NCBI GenBank assembly: GCA_023213395.1 | Contig: CM041465.1 | Coordinates: 117,869,741 to 117,933,740, forward strand | DNA: 64,000 nt | Direction of reading: 5' to 3' | DNA from: Cycas panzhihuaensis | Taxonomy: Eukaryota > Plantae > Cycadophyta | Shown here: positions 1-12,200 of the stretch, piece by piece | Layout of the letters: each line of letters opens with the position of its first letter | Position numbering within the stretch: the stretch's first letter is position 1 | The notes under the pieces: generated by a model | Databases searched by the model: none | Told to the model about the DNA's origin: nothing | The model's input: the letters and a program-made list of their open reading frames with translations, nothing else | Translations under genes and position numbers: made by a program

Positions 1-101
1 CCTTTCAAATGCTTAAATACTCTTTCAATCAAGGATATGAACCTTTTAAATACTTAAATACTTTTTTAATCAAGGAGATACACATTTCAAATGCTCAAAT
101 A
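1..101. repeat. Degenerate ~41-bp tandem repeat (tttcaaatgcttaaatactctttcaatcaagga...), interrupted by a TRIM and resuming at ~416
   Basis: Units start near 3, 45 and 85. The third unit 'atgctcaaata' continues as 'ctcttcaatcaag' at 416-428 after the TRIM. Confidence 0.7.
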
Positions 102-410
102 TATGACTTGTCATTACACCAAAAGTTTGCGAGTGATTTGAGAAGAGGACTCATCAGCAAGTGAACCAGCTATAATCTAACACTCCCTTGTGACGAGGAG
201 GCCATCATAGCATATATCGCCTATGTTATAATTCCACTTGAATTAGGGGTACACAGGGACCCCATTGGGGAAAGGGGCTTTGTCCATCATATGCATGGGA
301 TTTGAACCTTGAACTTAGGATTTGATACCACTTGTGACTTGCTATTATATCAAAAGCCCACTAGTGATTTGTAAAGACTCCTTAGTAAGTGAACTAGCCA
401 TAGTCCAATA
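102..410 (-). mobile_element. TRIM (terminal-repeat retrotransposon in miniature), ~309 bp
   Basis: ~80-bp direct terminal repeats at 102-182 and 333-410. Reverse-complement iMet PBS 'tttgatacca' at 321-330, reverse PPT 'ctcccttg' at 183. TSD aaata at 97-101 and 411-415. Confidence 0.9.
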
Positions 411-3022
411 AAATACTCTTCAATCAAGATAACTAATCAACCTTGAAAACCAATAAGATTTTGAAATAAAGATAAAACTTATAATCATTTTTAAAAATAA
501 TGAATATAAATGGCTTATAATCTTTTCATCAAGGATGCATATAAGAGGCCTTATAATGAAATATGATGTATATAAAGATACAATGATATTCTTAAATAAA
601 AGGAGTCTTAAATCTTGAAAGAGTCAAAATAATAACTAATAACTTATGCAATGATATACTTATATGATTTCAAGAGATGTTAGGATCTTAAGGTAAATAA
701 AAATTCCTTAAACTTATAAAATAATAAGCTTAAAGTGCATAAGATTACTTGCAAATACTCTTATATGTAATATAAGTGAAATAAAAGAAAGTCCTTTATA
801 TAAACCATGTGCACTCCTTAAAGCATTAAAAAAGGCAAATAGCCTTAAATAGGCAACAATGCTCAAAGAAACCTCTTAAGTAAGTAGAAAATGCTTAAGA
901 AAATCACTTAGATTTAATTCTAAAAGTTAAAGAAATAAAATAATATGGTGAGAGGTACCCATTTATAGCTTTTGAATATAATAGAGCTCCTATTACTCAA
1001 GAAGCCAAAAAAATATGCTAAAAGGTTGCAAAACAACTTATAAATATTATAAACACTAGTAAATATCATCAATAATTAGTTAGTATATAAATATCAATTA
1101 AATGTATTTAGTTAGAAAGAAAATTTAGCTCAAAATATTTATAAAAATGTCAAACTAGCATTGAAATAGAGTCTTGATTTTAGGGGTTTCAATGACCTAC
1201 AAAATGATGTTAGAATAAGATGAAACATATTCTATTATATAGAGCTCTAAAAATTCATTCCAATAGTTCAGACGACTTGAGAAACGGAGTTGTAGAACTT
1301 AAGTTATTAATAAGACAGTGAAAAGACCTATTTATGGCTAATGAAATATGAGTAATAAATAAAGGTCAAATTTGACCTGATCAAACTCTACAAAAAATGG
1401 CTCAAATCAAACAAATTAGAAGTCTAAGGTATAGATCTATGAGTCAAGAATCCAACGAGTCTAATGAATTGAAATCTAACTCACCAGCACTAAGATATAG
1501 CTAAAAATGTAAATAGTCATCTTTAGGTGAAAATCAAGAAATAAAAAATAAAGATATTAAGGTTTAGCCCTTTTGAAAATGGGTTGTTGGTCATATGATA
1601 AGCCACGGGACCGATGGCTATAACCCTAAGGGGGCCTCATATCTCAAAGATTATCAAATAATAAATAAAATTTTTGATAAAACAAAAAGCTTTCAATTCA
1701 ATTTATAAAACTTCAAGGTCCGCTAAAAAAAGAATGGTCATATGTAGACCAAATAAGACTAAGAGTTAGCGGATGGAGGGGGCTAAGCCCTAAAACATGC
1801 CTAAATTTGAAATTGTATTCCAATCCAATTAAATCAAATTAAAACATTTAAAAAAAAAAGATTTTTAATAAAATAATAATGGCTGTGAGGATATTAGTGG
1901 ATAAAGACATGATTTTCATGTAGAAATCAATTGAAATGGCTTGAAAACTAATTAAAATGTCAATTGGAAGGGTGTTAGAGATCCTTCATGAGGATCGAAG
2001 AGAAAGACTTAAAAAAAAAAAAGATTTTTGATGCTAAAAGAGCTCACGTAGGTCACACATAGTAGTATGGTGATGTAGAGGCAAATAGAGGCCAAAAAGT
2101 GATCACATGCACTAGAATATGATCAGAAAGTGGTTTAGACATGGTGCCTCAAAGCCTGCAGAATAAATCCAACAAAAAATTTTTAAAAAACAAAAGATTT
2201 TTAATATATAATATTGAAAAAAAATGTGAATGAAGGGCCCATGGACAATGGTCATTCAGGGAGCTTGTTCTCCTTACATAGATTACAAAACATGACAAAA
2301 GCTAAGAGGTGACTTAAGCTTGTTGATGCCAAGGTGCCCTTGAAATTTTATGAGAGATGGATATCTATAGGGTAAGAACAAACTTGCCAAAGATCAAGAG
2401 ATCATTGAGGGTTCAAGGGTCATATGGCTAAAACAAGGCTGAAAAAACATTACGAATAGATTCTAGAGGCTTCGAAATGCCTTGCTACCAAGTTTTAGAG
2501 GAAACTAGTGAAAAACAAAGCCAAACGAAGTAATTTCAACTTTAGTACCTTATGGTTTCAATAGGTAATAAGATATACTAGGCTTCTGGGAGCTATAACT
2601 CACCATAGAAGTGATAGATTTTTGAACCATCTTTTCTGGAGCATAGAAGACTCAGAGATGAATCCAACGGGTGGTCACTTAACATGGTTTTGAGTAGCGT
2701 GGAGATCACACCAGCCAACCAAAGTTTAAGAGTTTGAAAAAGACCTTGAAAAAATAGTGGAAAATGATTAAAATCTTGAAAAATATCAAATGAAACTTTA
2801 AAATAATTATACTAAATGATTGCTGGGATAAATGCGCATACTATAGCTACAAAAATCTAAAGAAATATAGATTAAGTAGAGCATATATATATTAATAATA
2901 GCCAAATATCAAGAAAAAGCTATATAAAAATAGTAATAAACTTTATAAAATTGACAAAATAATGAAGTATTTACTTACTGTGAGAGTAGATTAATGCTTT
3001 GATATAGGTAGCTAAGATCTAT

Positions 3023-3096
3023 ACTATAATACCAAATGTAGGAGGCCCAAGAAGCATTGATACCAAATGTGGATGAAGCAATATGCTCTAATACCA
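3023..3096 (-). promoter_or_regulatory. Three stacked tRNA-iMet PBS-like motifs at a 31-bp period
   Basis: actataatacca 3023-3034, gcattgatacca 3054-3065 and gctctaatacca 3085-3096 are reverse-complement variants of TGGTATCAGAGC. A weaker fourth copy lies at 2996-3007. Confidence 0.75.
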
Positions 3097-4670
3097 TATT
3101 AGAATTAAAAATGCAAGATAGAGTGAAGCAAGTAAATGCATATAACTCAATCCATATTCAAAATATGCTTATGAAATAACATTATATTAATCCATTGTGA
3201 AGAGAGTATATCAGATTTCTAATAAGATGGTTGTGTTGAAGAACACTAGGGTTTAGAACTCCATAGAATATATACTTGTGAAGGAGGAGGGAAACCTCCT
3301 CAACTTCCAATTCAAAATAATATAAAATAATGATAATGCATAATAAAATTATCTTACCTTAACTTACCATTAACATGTGTGCACTCACATGTTTCTAAGG
3401 TGGGAGTTGGGTGAGGAACATTAACCCCAACATCTTTTTCATTCCCATCATATCCTTGGTATGTCCAAAGGATAAGCTTAAGGGCCCTACTATTTAATTC
3501 CTCAAATACTAGGGATGATATGATATTAATCAAGGATCTGTTATTAATACTATCCTCTTTAGGGCAAAATCATGGGTCTTAATTATGATGGTAAAGTGGG
3601 GATTCCAATAGTTCTCTCTCTCCTTTTGTAGAAATAGGTCCTTTATGTTAGGGTTAATATTCGTCACCCCACTCCCACAATTTACACATGTGAAGGTAAG
3701 TATGGTAAGGTTAAAGTTACTTTAGTTAAGCATTATTTTATTATATTTTAAATATTTGTTGGCTAATATGTAGGCCGGGTGATGGCACTTGCCACCTCCT
3801 CAAAATTCTATTTAAGGGGTGGGAATACCTCCCTGGTGTTTTTTAATACTACCATTATTTGGAAAATATTTGTTAACTCAAGATGTTCTCAGTTTAACAT
3901 CCTTCTCTGCTCTTTTGAATCCATCATTTAGTACTAGAACGCAAAGGGTTGGTTGATAATTGTTTATGCTGATCTAGCTCTTCATACATTTGGTTAAAGT
4001 GCTGCATATGACTTCTTGTTGGATTCCTAGCAAGCACAACTGTCTACTAGAGAAATTAGTTTGAAGTTTCGCCTTGTGTAGAAGAAGATCTCACTCTCTA
4101 AAGTCAACATTCTACAAACTAGTTATAACTACATTACCAAGTTCTTTGTATTTTATGTTTAGATATAAATTTATATATATTTCTTTGATATACTTTCTCC
4201 ATAAAATTTTGGTTTTATTTGTGGCTCTGTTTGCATGATTATTAAAAAAAAAGTCTATACTCCTTTGTGTGTTTGGTTCTCGATAAATTTCTTAGCAGTG
4301 ATTATAGTACTATTTATTTTCTCTTCTATGGATTAAAGTGGTTTTCCTTTTCTTCTACATTACATACGAACCCTATCTGCCAAATACCTATAATAAAGTC
4401 TAATCTGTTCTGCTAAGAAGTTCTCACACATTCATTACCTGCATTTGAATATTTGTAGCCGCCCACTTCATCGACCAGCTAATCCGACCTTGTCTCACCT
4501 AATTGAACACCAGTTTGCATGTTTGTCTCTACTCACTCTGAGGAGAACTGACCTCTCGCTTCGTCCATCGTTCTTTCGTTTGTCGCACTTCTGTCTACAT
4601 CAAGCAATGGTACAATCCTTTCCAACCCAGTTGAATTTCTTATTCTCTGCCCCATTTGAATGGGCACCTT

Positions 4671-4673
<3 letters not shown>

Positions 4674-4709
<36 letters not shown>
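4674..4709. repeat. (TA)n microsatellite
   Basis: Direct reading. Confidence 0.95.
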
Positions 4710-4713
<4 letters not shown>

Positions 4714-7700
4714 GTGACTATGTTAGGTGTGGGCTAAAAAGCCAAAGCTACTTGTTTCTATCTTCCCCCCTTGAATGTCTTTGTATTCTAAGTTTTTCTG
4801 TCCCTAATGCCTCCAGAATTAGTGATTGACACCATGTTCTACCGGTGTTTCATCTGAACAATTTCGGCACAAGTTTTCGTTTCTGACAAAGTGTTCACAT
4901 AATATTCATCCATTCGAGCATAAGAAATTATAAAAGCCACTTGAATCAACACCAGAAACAAGAACACTAACTGCATCTTTTGATCTGAATGGTAACAAGA
5001 AACTAGATAGAAACATTAACAGAAAACTTCCAAAAATGAAATTTCAACAAAAAATTTTGAAGAGGATTTTTTCCCTTTTTTTAAGCAGATCCAACCTTCA
5101 GGTTCAGCTATTAGAGAGTCTAATAAAGCATAGTTTTGTCATGTATTTTTTGTTTAGATTATGCTTTAGCCACTAAGATTTTGAGTATAAAACCACAAAA
5201 AATACAAAGCTTTAAAGTTAAAGGAGGTACCCGATTCGAGGTTTCAAATTTCTGTGCTTCTCTAAGCACCTAGGCATAGTCTGGTTCCGCTCGTCTTCCC
5301 CTCATCTTCTACTAGTTTTATCTCATTCTCATCTGCAAATTTTCTAGTAAATCCATTTTGAATCGATTTCTTGATGGCCAGTTTTGTTGTATTATTCACC
5401 TCTACATAAGCGTATCCATTGATTTGGCTTTTATTTTGACTTTATTCATTGCAAATTATTCCTTGAAGTAGCATTCTCTCTACAATTCTTTGTTGTGAAA
5501 ACTCTGCTTATTTTAGAGTTTTTTTGTTTTAATTCTCATAGTTGCATCCTCCATGGTCTCTGTCATTATAGTATAGTGGTGAATATTCCTGCCTGTCACA
5601 GTTTATTTCCATGAACTGTCCCTCTCTCTAAGCTGATTGTAGTTTGCCTATTTTTTTAGGAGATTTGGAGTGGATTTAATCATTTTTTTATTAGATTTGT
5701 GTGGATTCATCGCCACTGTACACTCATCGACTACAATATTTATAACCTACTTTTGATTTGTAGCCAATAATTTTTGATCCCGTGACCAACATTGGGTACT
5801 AATTGAAGCATTATCTATGCTACTATTTGACTAACCACTTCATCTGGCAATATAACAATTGCAACTTGATAAGGTTATGTCATTTATAGCTTGAACGCTC
5901 TAGATGTATCACCTATGTTTCATTCTTTTATATATAAAAATATATATATTCTTAGATCTTACTGTTGTATCTGGTAGCTCGCCCCGAGGGGATTGATTCA
6001 ATCATTTACAGATCAATTTTTCATCAAAATTTAGCATCCTTTTCTCTGATCAGAGTGCCGATGAATGTCCATTTACCTTTTCATAAATTTATTTATTTTT
6101 TCAAAAGGTTTTTTAAAATTTAATTAAATTTGATTATTTTTTGAATTCTGTGGGTGCGATTTCAATTTAGTCCCCTCCACTGTTGGCCCTCGGTCATAGT
6201 AAGCTTCATGTGACTTTAAATATCGATGGACCCTAATTTTTTATAAACCTTTTTTAAATTCTTTTGATTTTTCAAAAACTATATCTTATATTTGATAATA
6301 TTTGAAGTCTTAGCCCTCTTTGGACTCTAGCGACTAGTCAAGTTGGCCTCCTTGTGACCTTTAGCTATTCTATTAAAAGGGGCTTTTCAACTTTATAAAT
6401 ATTTTCCTTTTTTTTTTTTTATTTATCTTTAATACATTGGGTAGTTGGCTAATTTCTATAATATCTCTTCACTAGGATATCAATTTCTAATGAAACCTAT
6501 CCCGTTGAGTCCAAAATTTTGTGGGATATAGTTTAGACTGGTTATTTACCATATTTGGAGCCGATTTGGGTTGATTTTAATGAGATAAAGTCAATAATTA
6601 TTTTTTAAAGACTTTTTGAATTATTATTACAGAATCCCTTTTTTATTAGGTTATACTTTATCACCGAGAGATCATTTTTTTCCTAGATCTACTCTACATC
6701 AATCTATTTTTAGCAAAATTCATCACTGTCTACTCATTTTATTTTTTAGGATTTGTTTTAATTATTATTTTAATCGGCAAAAGGAACACTTTAATGTTTT
6801 TAAACATATTTACATAAAAAGTACTAACATTTTTAGCTGTATCTCCTCAACCAGAAATCAGATTTCCAAACTGTACGATTCGTTGGAATATTGATTCATA
6901 GAACTACTACCTAAAGGTATTTTTTGCTTGATTTGACTAATTATCGTATAGGTATGAGTATGTCAAAGTTGATATTATTTGTGCTACCTATTTTATTAAC
7001 CTTGGAAGGACACTTTTAATGATTTATTTAATATCTTGAGCTTCATAGCTCAGAATTAAGTATTGTCTGATTCTGGTAAAAGATTTTTTAGAGATCTATA
7101 GTTTTAAGTTATTTTTAATTCATTTTGAGTCTATTTTGTAGGTGCTTCAAGCTATCAAACTTAAGGTACATAAACGCCTAGTTTATCAATATTACACATA
7201 TTTATACACCATTTCTCAAGTTTATTGACTTAAAGCATATCAAGCAGCTCTCTAAATTATATTTGATCATTTTACATTGTTTTATAAGGTTTTTACTAGT
7301 ATTTCATGATCTTTTGAGCCTCATGCTCCCGTTAAGCCCTAAAAAGGTAAGCATATCATTTGTACATTAAAATCTTGACTTGCAGGAACTCATTCTCAAA
7401 ACGGTCAAATCTGTTGAATAGATATTTTATTGAACTTCAAACTGGTATAACCTCATCTTAATTTGATATTATTTAGTATAACTTTAAAGTTGATTAACTT
7501 AAGCATTCAATATATCCCAACAAGCGTGTCCTCTTAACTTTTTAAGGAGTTATTTCTTTTATTTTTCTTACTAATTACTTATGATACATGTTTGGGGCTT
7601 TCATTTTACCTTTATATTCGTTTCTTTTAAGCTAATTTGTAGCAAAAAATTAATCATATACATCTACAGCAAGTGACAAGCCAAATGGTCTTGCAACCTA

Positions 7701-8508
7701 AAATAGGTACAATTCATTTTTTTAGAAGTTTCTTCTTCATATTTTTCATTTATCTAAAGAGAAAGTCTATATATATTTTAGATTTCCTATATCATATATC
7801 TTTATCATAGACAAAAGAAATAATTATTCATCTTACATTGAAAAGTTTGGTCTTTTTTCACTCAAGTTAATATTTATTCATTTGAAATTTTAAAAGCTTA
7901 GAATTTTTATTTCTTCATCATCAAGAAGTTTTATTTTAGATCTGCATATTTAAAGATCTTAGTTATTTTGCAAGTTTGCTTATATAATCATTCTATTTCA
8001 AAGTATATTTGAAATTATATATTATAAGTTTATTAATTTATTAAGTTCTTTGATTCCTTCTAAAGGCACATATTTTTTTGAGAAGTATAAAAAGCTTACT
8101 TAGTAAAAGCATCCTTGATCCATTATTATACTTAAGGTTGCATAAAGTGTACTTTATTTCCAAAGGAACATTTCACATTTAAAGGCATTGCATTCTTTTG
8201 GGAAAGTGATTACTTACATATTTCTTTCAAGAGTTTATTGTTTATTTAATCCTGATTAGAAGTTATTATGTTTCATTCAAGTTATTTTCTTTTTACATAA
8301 AAGGAATCTCATTTCATTTTTGAAGGCATTACATCTATTTTCTTAGAAGTTATTGGTAAGACCATATCATTGATAACTTATTGACATTGGATTGCATACT
8401 TTTTAGAATATTTTTATCATCTACTTGCATTAGTATTGAAATCATTTAAAGGAGTTGTCTACTTGAAAATCATATTTCTTTTTATTATGTACTAAAGTTT
8501 TCTATAAA

Positions 8509-9215
8509 ATGGCAATGAATCTAAATCAAATACAATTCTCTATATTTAATGGTCATGATTTTCAAAAATGTCATAAAATAATACAAACTTACTTTATCAC
8601 AAATGATCTTTGGAGATATCTATAAGATGGATATGACCTTAATAATAAAGAAGACATGAAAAAAGATAATGAAATCTTAGCTATATTATTTTACACTATA
8701 GATGACAAATTTTTTCTAAAGTTTATGAAATGACAACATCCAAAATAGTATGGGATACCTTAGATTCTATTTATGAGGGAGAAACCCTCAATGTAAATGA
8801 ATTTAAAATTGATGTTGTTGAGCATGTGAGACAGATGTCAGAGCAGGTTGTTTGTGATGAAAAGACCAAGGAAGAGAATTCAAGTCAAATGAACGATCAC
8901 CTTATTGTATATAAAGCTGATCCTTCATTTGAGAGGGAGAAACCTTACGATATGATAATTACTCACAAAATAAAGATTTCAGAAGATAAAGTTAAAGTTC
9001 TAAGAGATAAAGTTAGAGTTGTAGCCATTCATCTTCATTCAAATCAAGCTACACCTACTTGGACTTCATTTGAACCACTCAATATTAAAGAGACACATAT
9101 TACCAAAAGGACGATGCGAGTTGATGGTGATCAAGCTAAAGGATAAACATTCAAAGTTTTTTTCAAGTTCAACTTCCATAATATTAAAGAGAAGATGAAG
9201 ATGTTCATGATGACC
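8509..9215 (+). pseudogene. gag: Truncated, degenerate Copia gag (N-terminal DUF4219/UBN2-like part) of E1
   Basis: Translates MAMNLNQIQFSIFNGHDF...TNDLWRYL*DGYD...KKDNEILAIIFYTIDD, then shifts frame into ORF 8730-9146 (SKIVWDTLDSIYEG). It ends at the PPT. Confidence 0.85.
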
Positions 9216-12200
9216 ATTAAAGGGGAGAATGTTAGGGTTAATGTTTATCACCCCACTCCCACCATTTACACATATGAAGGTAAATAAGGTAAGGTTAAAG
9301 TTACTTTAGTAAGTATTATTTTATTATATTTTAAATTTTAGATGTTGAGGATGTTTTCCTCCTCCCTTAAACTATATTTTTACTAGGGTGATAAACCTTG
9401 GTGTCTTTTGACACCACCTTTATTTTGGACATTTGTAATACTCTCTCAAAGATGGATTGAATAAAAAAGATTATTGTGTTTATGCAACAATGGTTTAATT
9501 ACTTGATGTATTGCTCTACTCTATCTCTATTTTTATAAACTTTCACTTTAGGTCAAAGATGATGATTGACTGACCCATAGGTTTAATATGAATAGTATAG
9601 GTAAGTGCTCACTTATGCCTTAAGGCTTCAACAAGTAGGTCCATTTAGTTAAGGTAGATTCGTAATACATCCATCATAAACATACCTATAGAAATGGTTT
9701 GAAGTTTTTTAATAATAAAGAATATCTTCCCCTTACTAATGGGTTAGGAAAATGGCCTTTTTAAATCATAACAACTAGGGTGAATGGGGATAGTTTTTGG
9801 AAAGAGGAAAATTTTAGTGGGTTAAGGCTTAATAAGTAATTTTAAGGAAGTTGACACACCTTTAGCTTCTTCTATTGCCTAAAATTGGGTTGTTGCAAAC
9901 GCATAAGTGGTCTCAATCATTTAGATCACTCTCTTTCCCTTAACATTGTAGCATTGTATGACTTCATAGGACATTTGGCCCTTAGAAGGTTGAGTTTCTA
10001 GTTTAAATTAAGAAGTCTTTTTAGGTTGGTTTTAAGGTGACTTAGCGGGAGTTTGTTGCTAAAGTTGGGATGTCCCCTTACCTCCTTAGGCTTGAGGTTT
10101 AGGATCCCCATGATCTAGGAATGGGTCTTTATGAATTATTTATTTTAGATTAATCTTAGAAGTGGGTTGTGCTAGAGGATCCTTTGAGGATGCTAGCTTG
10201 GGATGCTAAGTCCAATAATGGGCATCTTCATGGAAATAATATTGATAAATCAAGCACCATATCTTCTTAAGGGTAGAAGGGTTCTTCTTCTAAGAATGAG
10301 GATCAAGATTATTTTCTTTAGTCTAAGGAGTATTTTGGGTTATTTGATGAACTAATTAATTCCCATATAAGGGTATAGGTAGTTGTTGTTGGCCATGGGC
10401 TAGTTGTAGCTTAAGACCATGTATAATCCACTCAAATGAGAAAATTATAGAGGTAAGAGAGTTTATCATTTTGTTAGGGATACCAATTAGAGGCCTTTGA
10501 GCTTGTGGTTAAGGCTTAGGGTCCCATAATAGAGGGAGTGCTTCATGTTAGAGTGTGGGTTTATTTTTCTTCATAAATCTTACCTAGATCTTGATGTATT
10601 TTAAGGCTAAACATTTGGTAAATTTTAAGTCATAAGTGATTACACCCATCTTAAGTACTTTTACATGGACCTCATGGTGAAAATATTGATAAATTTATCC
10701 TTTTCTAGGTCCTTAAGAAAGGTATCTTTATATAAATGTAGAAGATCATGGAAGTAATAAATGAAATCTTTATTAAGTTTATCTTGTCCTTACTTGAGGG
10801 AGAGATAGGCCTTAGCCTCACTCTCAAAAGGCTATGAAACATTAAAATATTTAACAAAAGCATCAACTAACCATTGGAAGTAGTAAAGGAACATGATGGG
10901 AGGATATAACCATTTGAGTGTATCTTCTTAGATAGTCTAAGAAATAATTTTATAAGAATATGATCATATGGATAATAATTGATGCATGCTATACAAACAC
11001 CTTGACATGGCCCTTGGGGTCTTAATAGAAAGTTCCTTTGAACTTAATAACTTTTTGGAGATGAGGAAATAGGTTGGTTTGAAGTGCCTTAAGAGAAAGA
11101 GGGCTTACACAGTAGTCAACAAAGGGGTATATCCTAAGTTGATCTAAAAGATCATTAAGTAGGAATATAGGTTGGGGTTGGTATGGGTAGGATGTATGGG
11201 CCCCACCATAGGGGGTTTTCCCTTATTGGTTACATTGATGTAGTAGAATAGGTTTGAGAATACCCCTAGCTTAGTAAGAATTTGTTGTTTAGGCATATGG
11301 ATTAGGTGTATGTATTAAGGACCCTACATAACAAGGGGAACCATAAGGATTTACTTGGTATAGATAGGGTTGGTAGGTTTGAATAGGGTTTTTCCATGTC
11401 ATAGTAATAGCTTGGATTTGAAATAGAACTCATCCTTATGCAAGAATTCCTTAAGGAGAAAACACATAAGGGGGGGTCAAAACAGGTCTAAACTACTAAG
11501 ACTAGTAGGGTGAGGTAGAAGAATTTTAATAAGAAGGGTTAGGATATGAAGGAAGATGGGGAATATATTTCTTTCTACATGGGCCTCCAATTAAATAGGA
11601 AACCCTATATGGGTGAAGGGCATCTATTTTAAAAAGAATTTCAGGGTGGGGCCTACCTTACACCTACTACTAAGTGGTACAGTCAGGCAGGACAAAGGTA
11701 AACTATGTAGGCTAAGGTATAGGTTAGGTAGGGCCTAGAGGAGGTTGAGGTATATCCCAAGGCCCTATAGGTTAAGGTTGGATAGGATGAAAGGATAAGG
11801 TAGACCATGCCTCTAGGTTTTAGGTGATAGAGGTGTAAAATCCACTTGTTAGAGGGATAAGTAGGGCCAAATAAGAAAGTAGTTAGGTAGGAAAGAGACA
11901 TACCATGAAAGAGAAAGACACATATAGGGTTGTTATTCATAAGGGTTAAGAAGGAGGGGGGGAAGTCATGAAGCTACCCCCTATGAGGTGGCCTCCTATT
12001 GTGAGACTGCTTGCTATCTAGGTTGAGAAATATGTATGTATGAACTAACATTATTTCCAAATAAGTGGAATGCATATGTAGGAGTGGAATCAACTAAATA
12101 TCCCTAAAAGTATGCCCTTAAGGTGGCCACAATCTCCCAAGGGTTTTTAAGGGTTTGGGTATAGTTAAGTAAGACTTTATCCATTTGGCACTAATCAACG

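Larger units (their letters stand above)
1..3432 (-). mobile_element. E4: partial copy of the non-autonomous cargo/gag Copia-derived family (5' LTR 3097-3432; 3' end outside the window)
   Basis: LTR ends 'cattaaccccaaca' as in E2. Stacked PBSs at 3023-3096. Region 1540-1790 is reverse-complement homologous to the E1 spacer at 6160-6400. Confidence 0.8.
3646..9545 (+). mobile_element. E1: non-autonomous Copia-derived LTR element with cargo slot and 3' gag remnant
   Basis: TG...CA termini and TSD cttta (3641-3645, 9546-9550). 3' LTR 9230-9545 follows the PPT 'aaggggagaa'. PBS-like motifs at 3929 and 3991. Confidence 0.9.

Noticed and set aside
2996-3096. True CRISPR array
   Set aside because: The repeat is the tRNA-iMet PBS, the context is a eukaryotic retrotransposon, and no cas genes are present.
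4445-4714. 89-aa ORF ending YIYIYI
   Set aside because: It has a TTG start, runs through a (TA)n microsatellite, and shows no recognisable homology.
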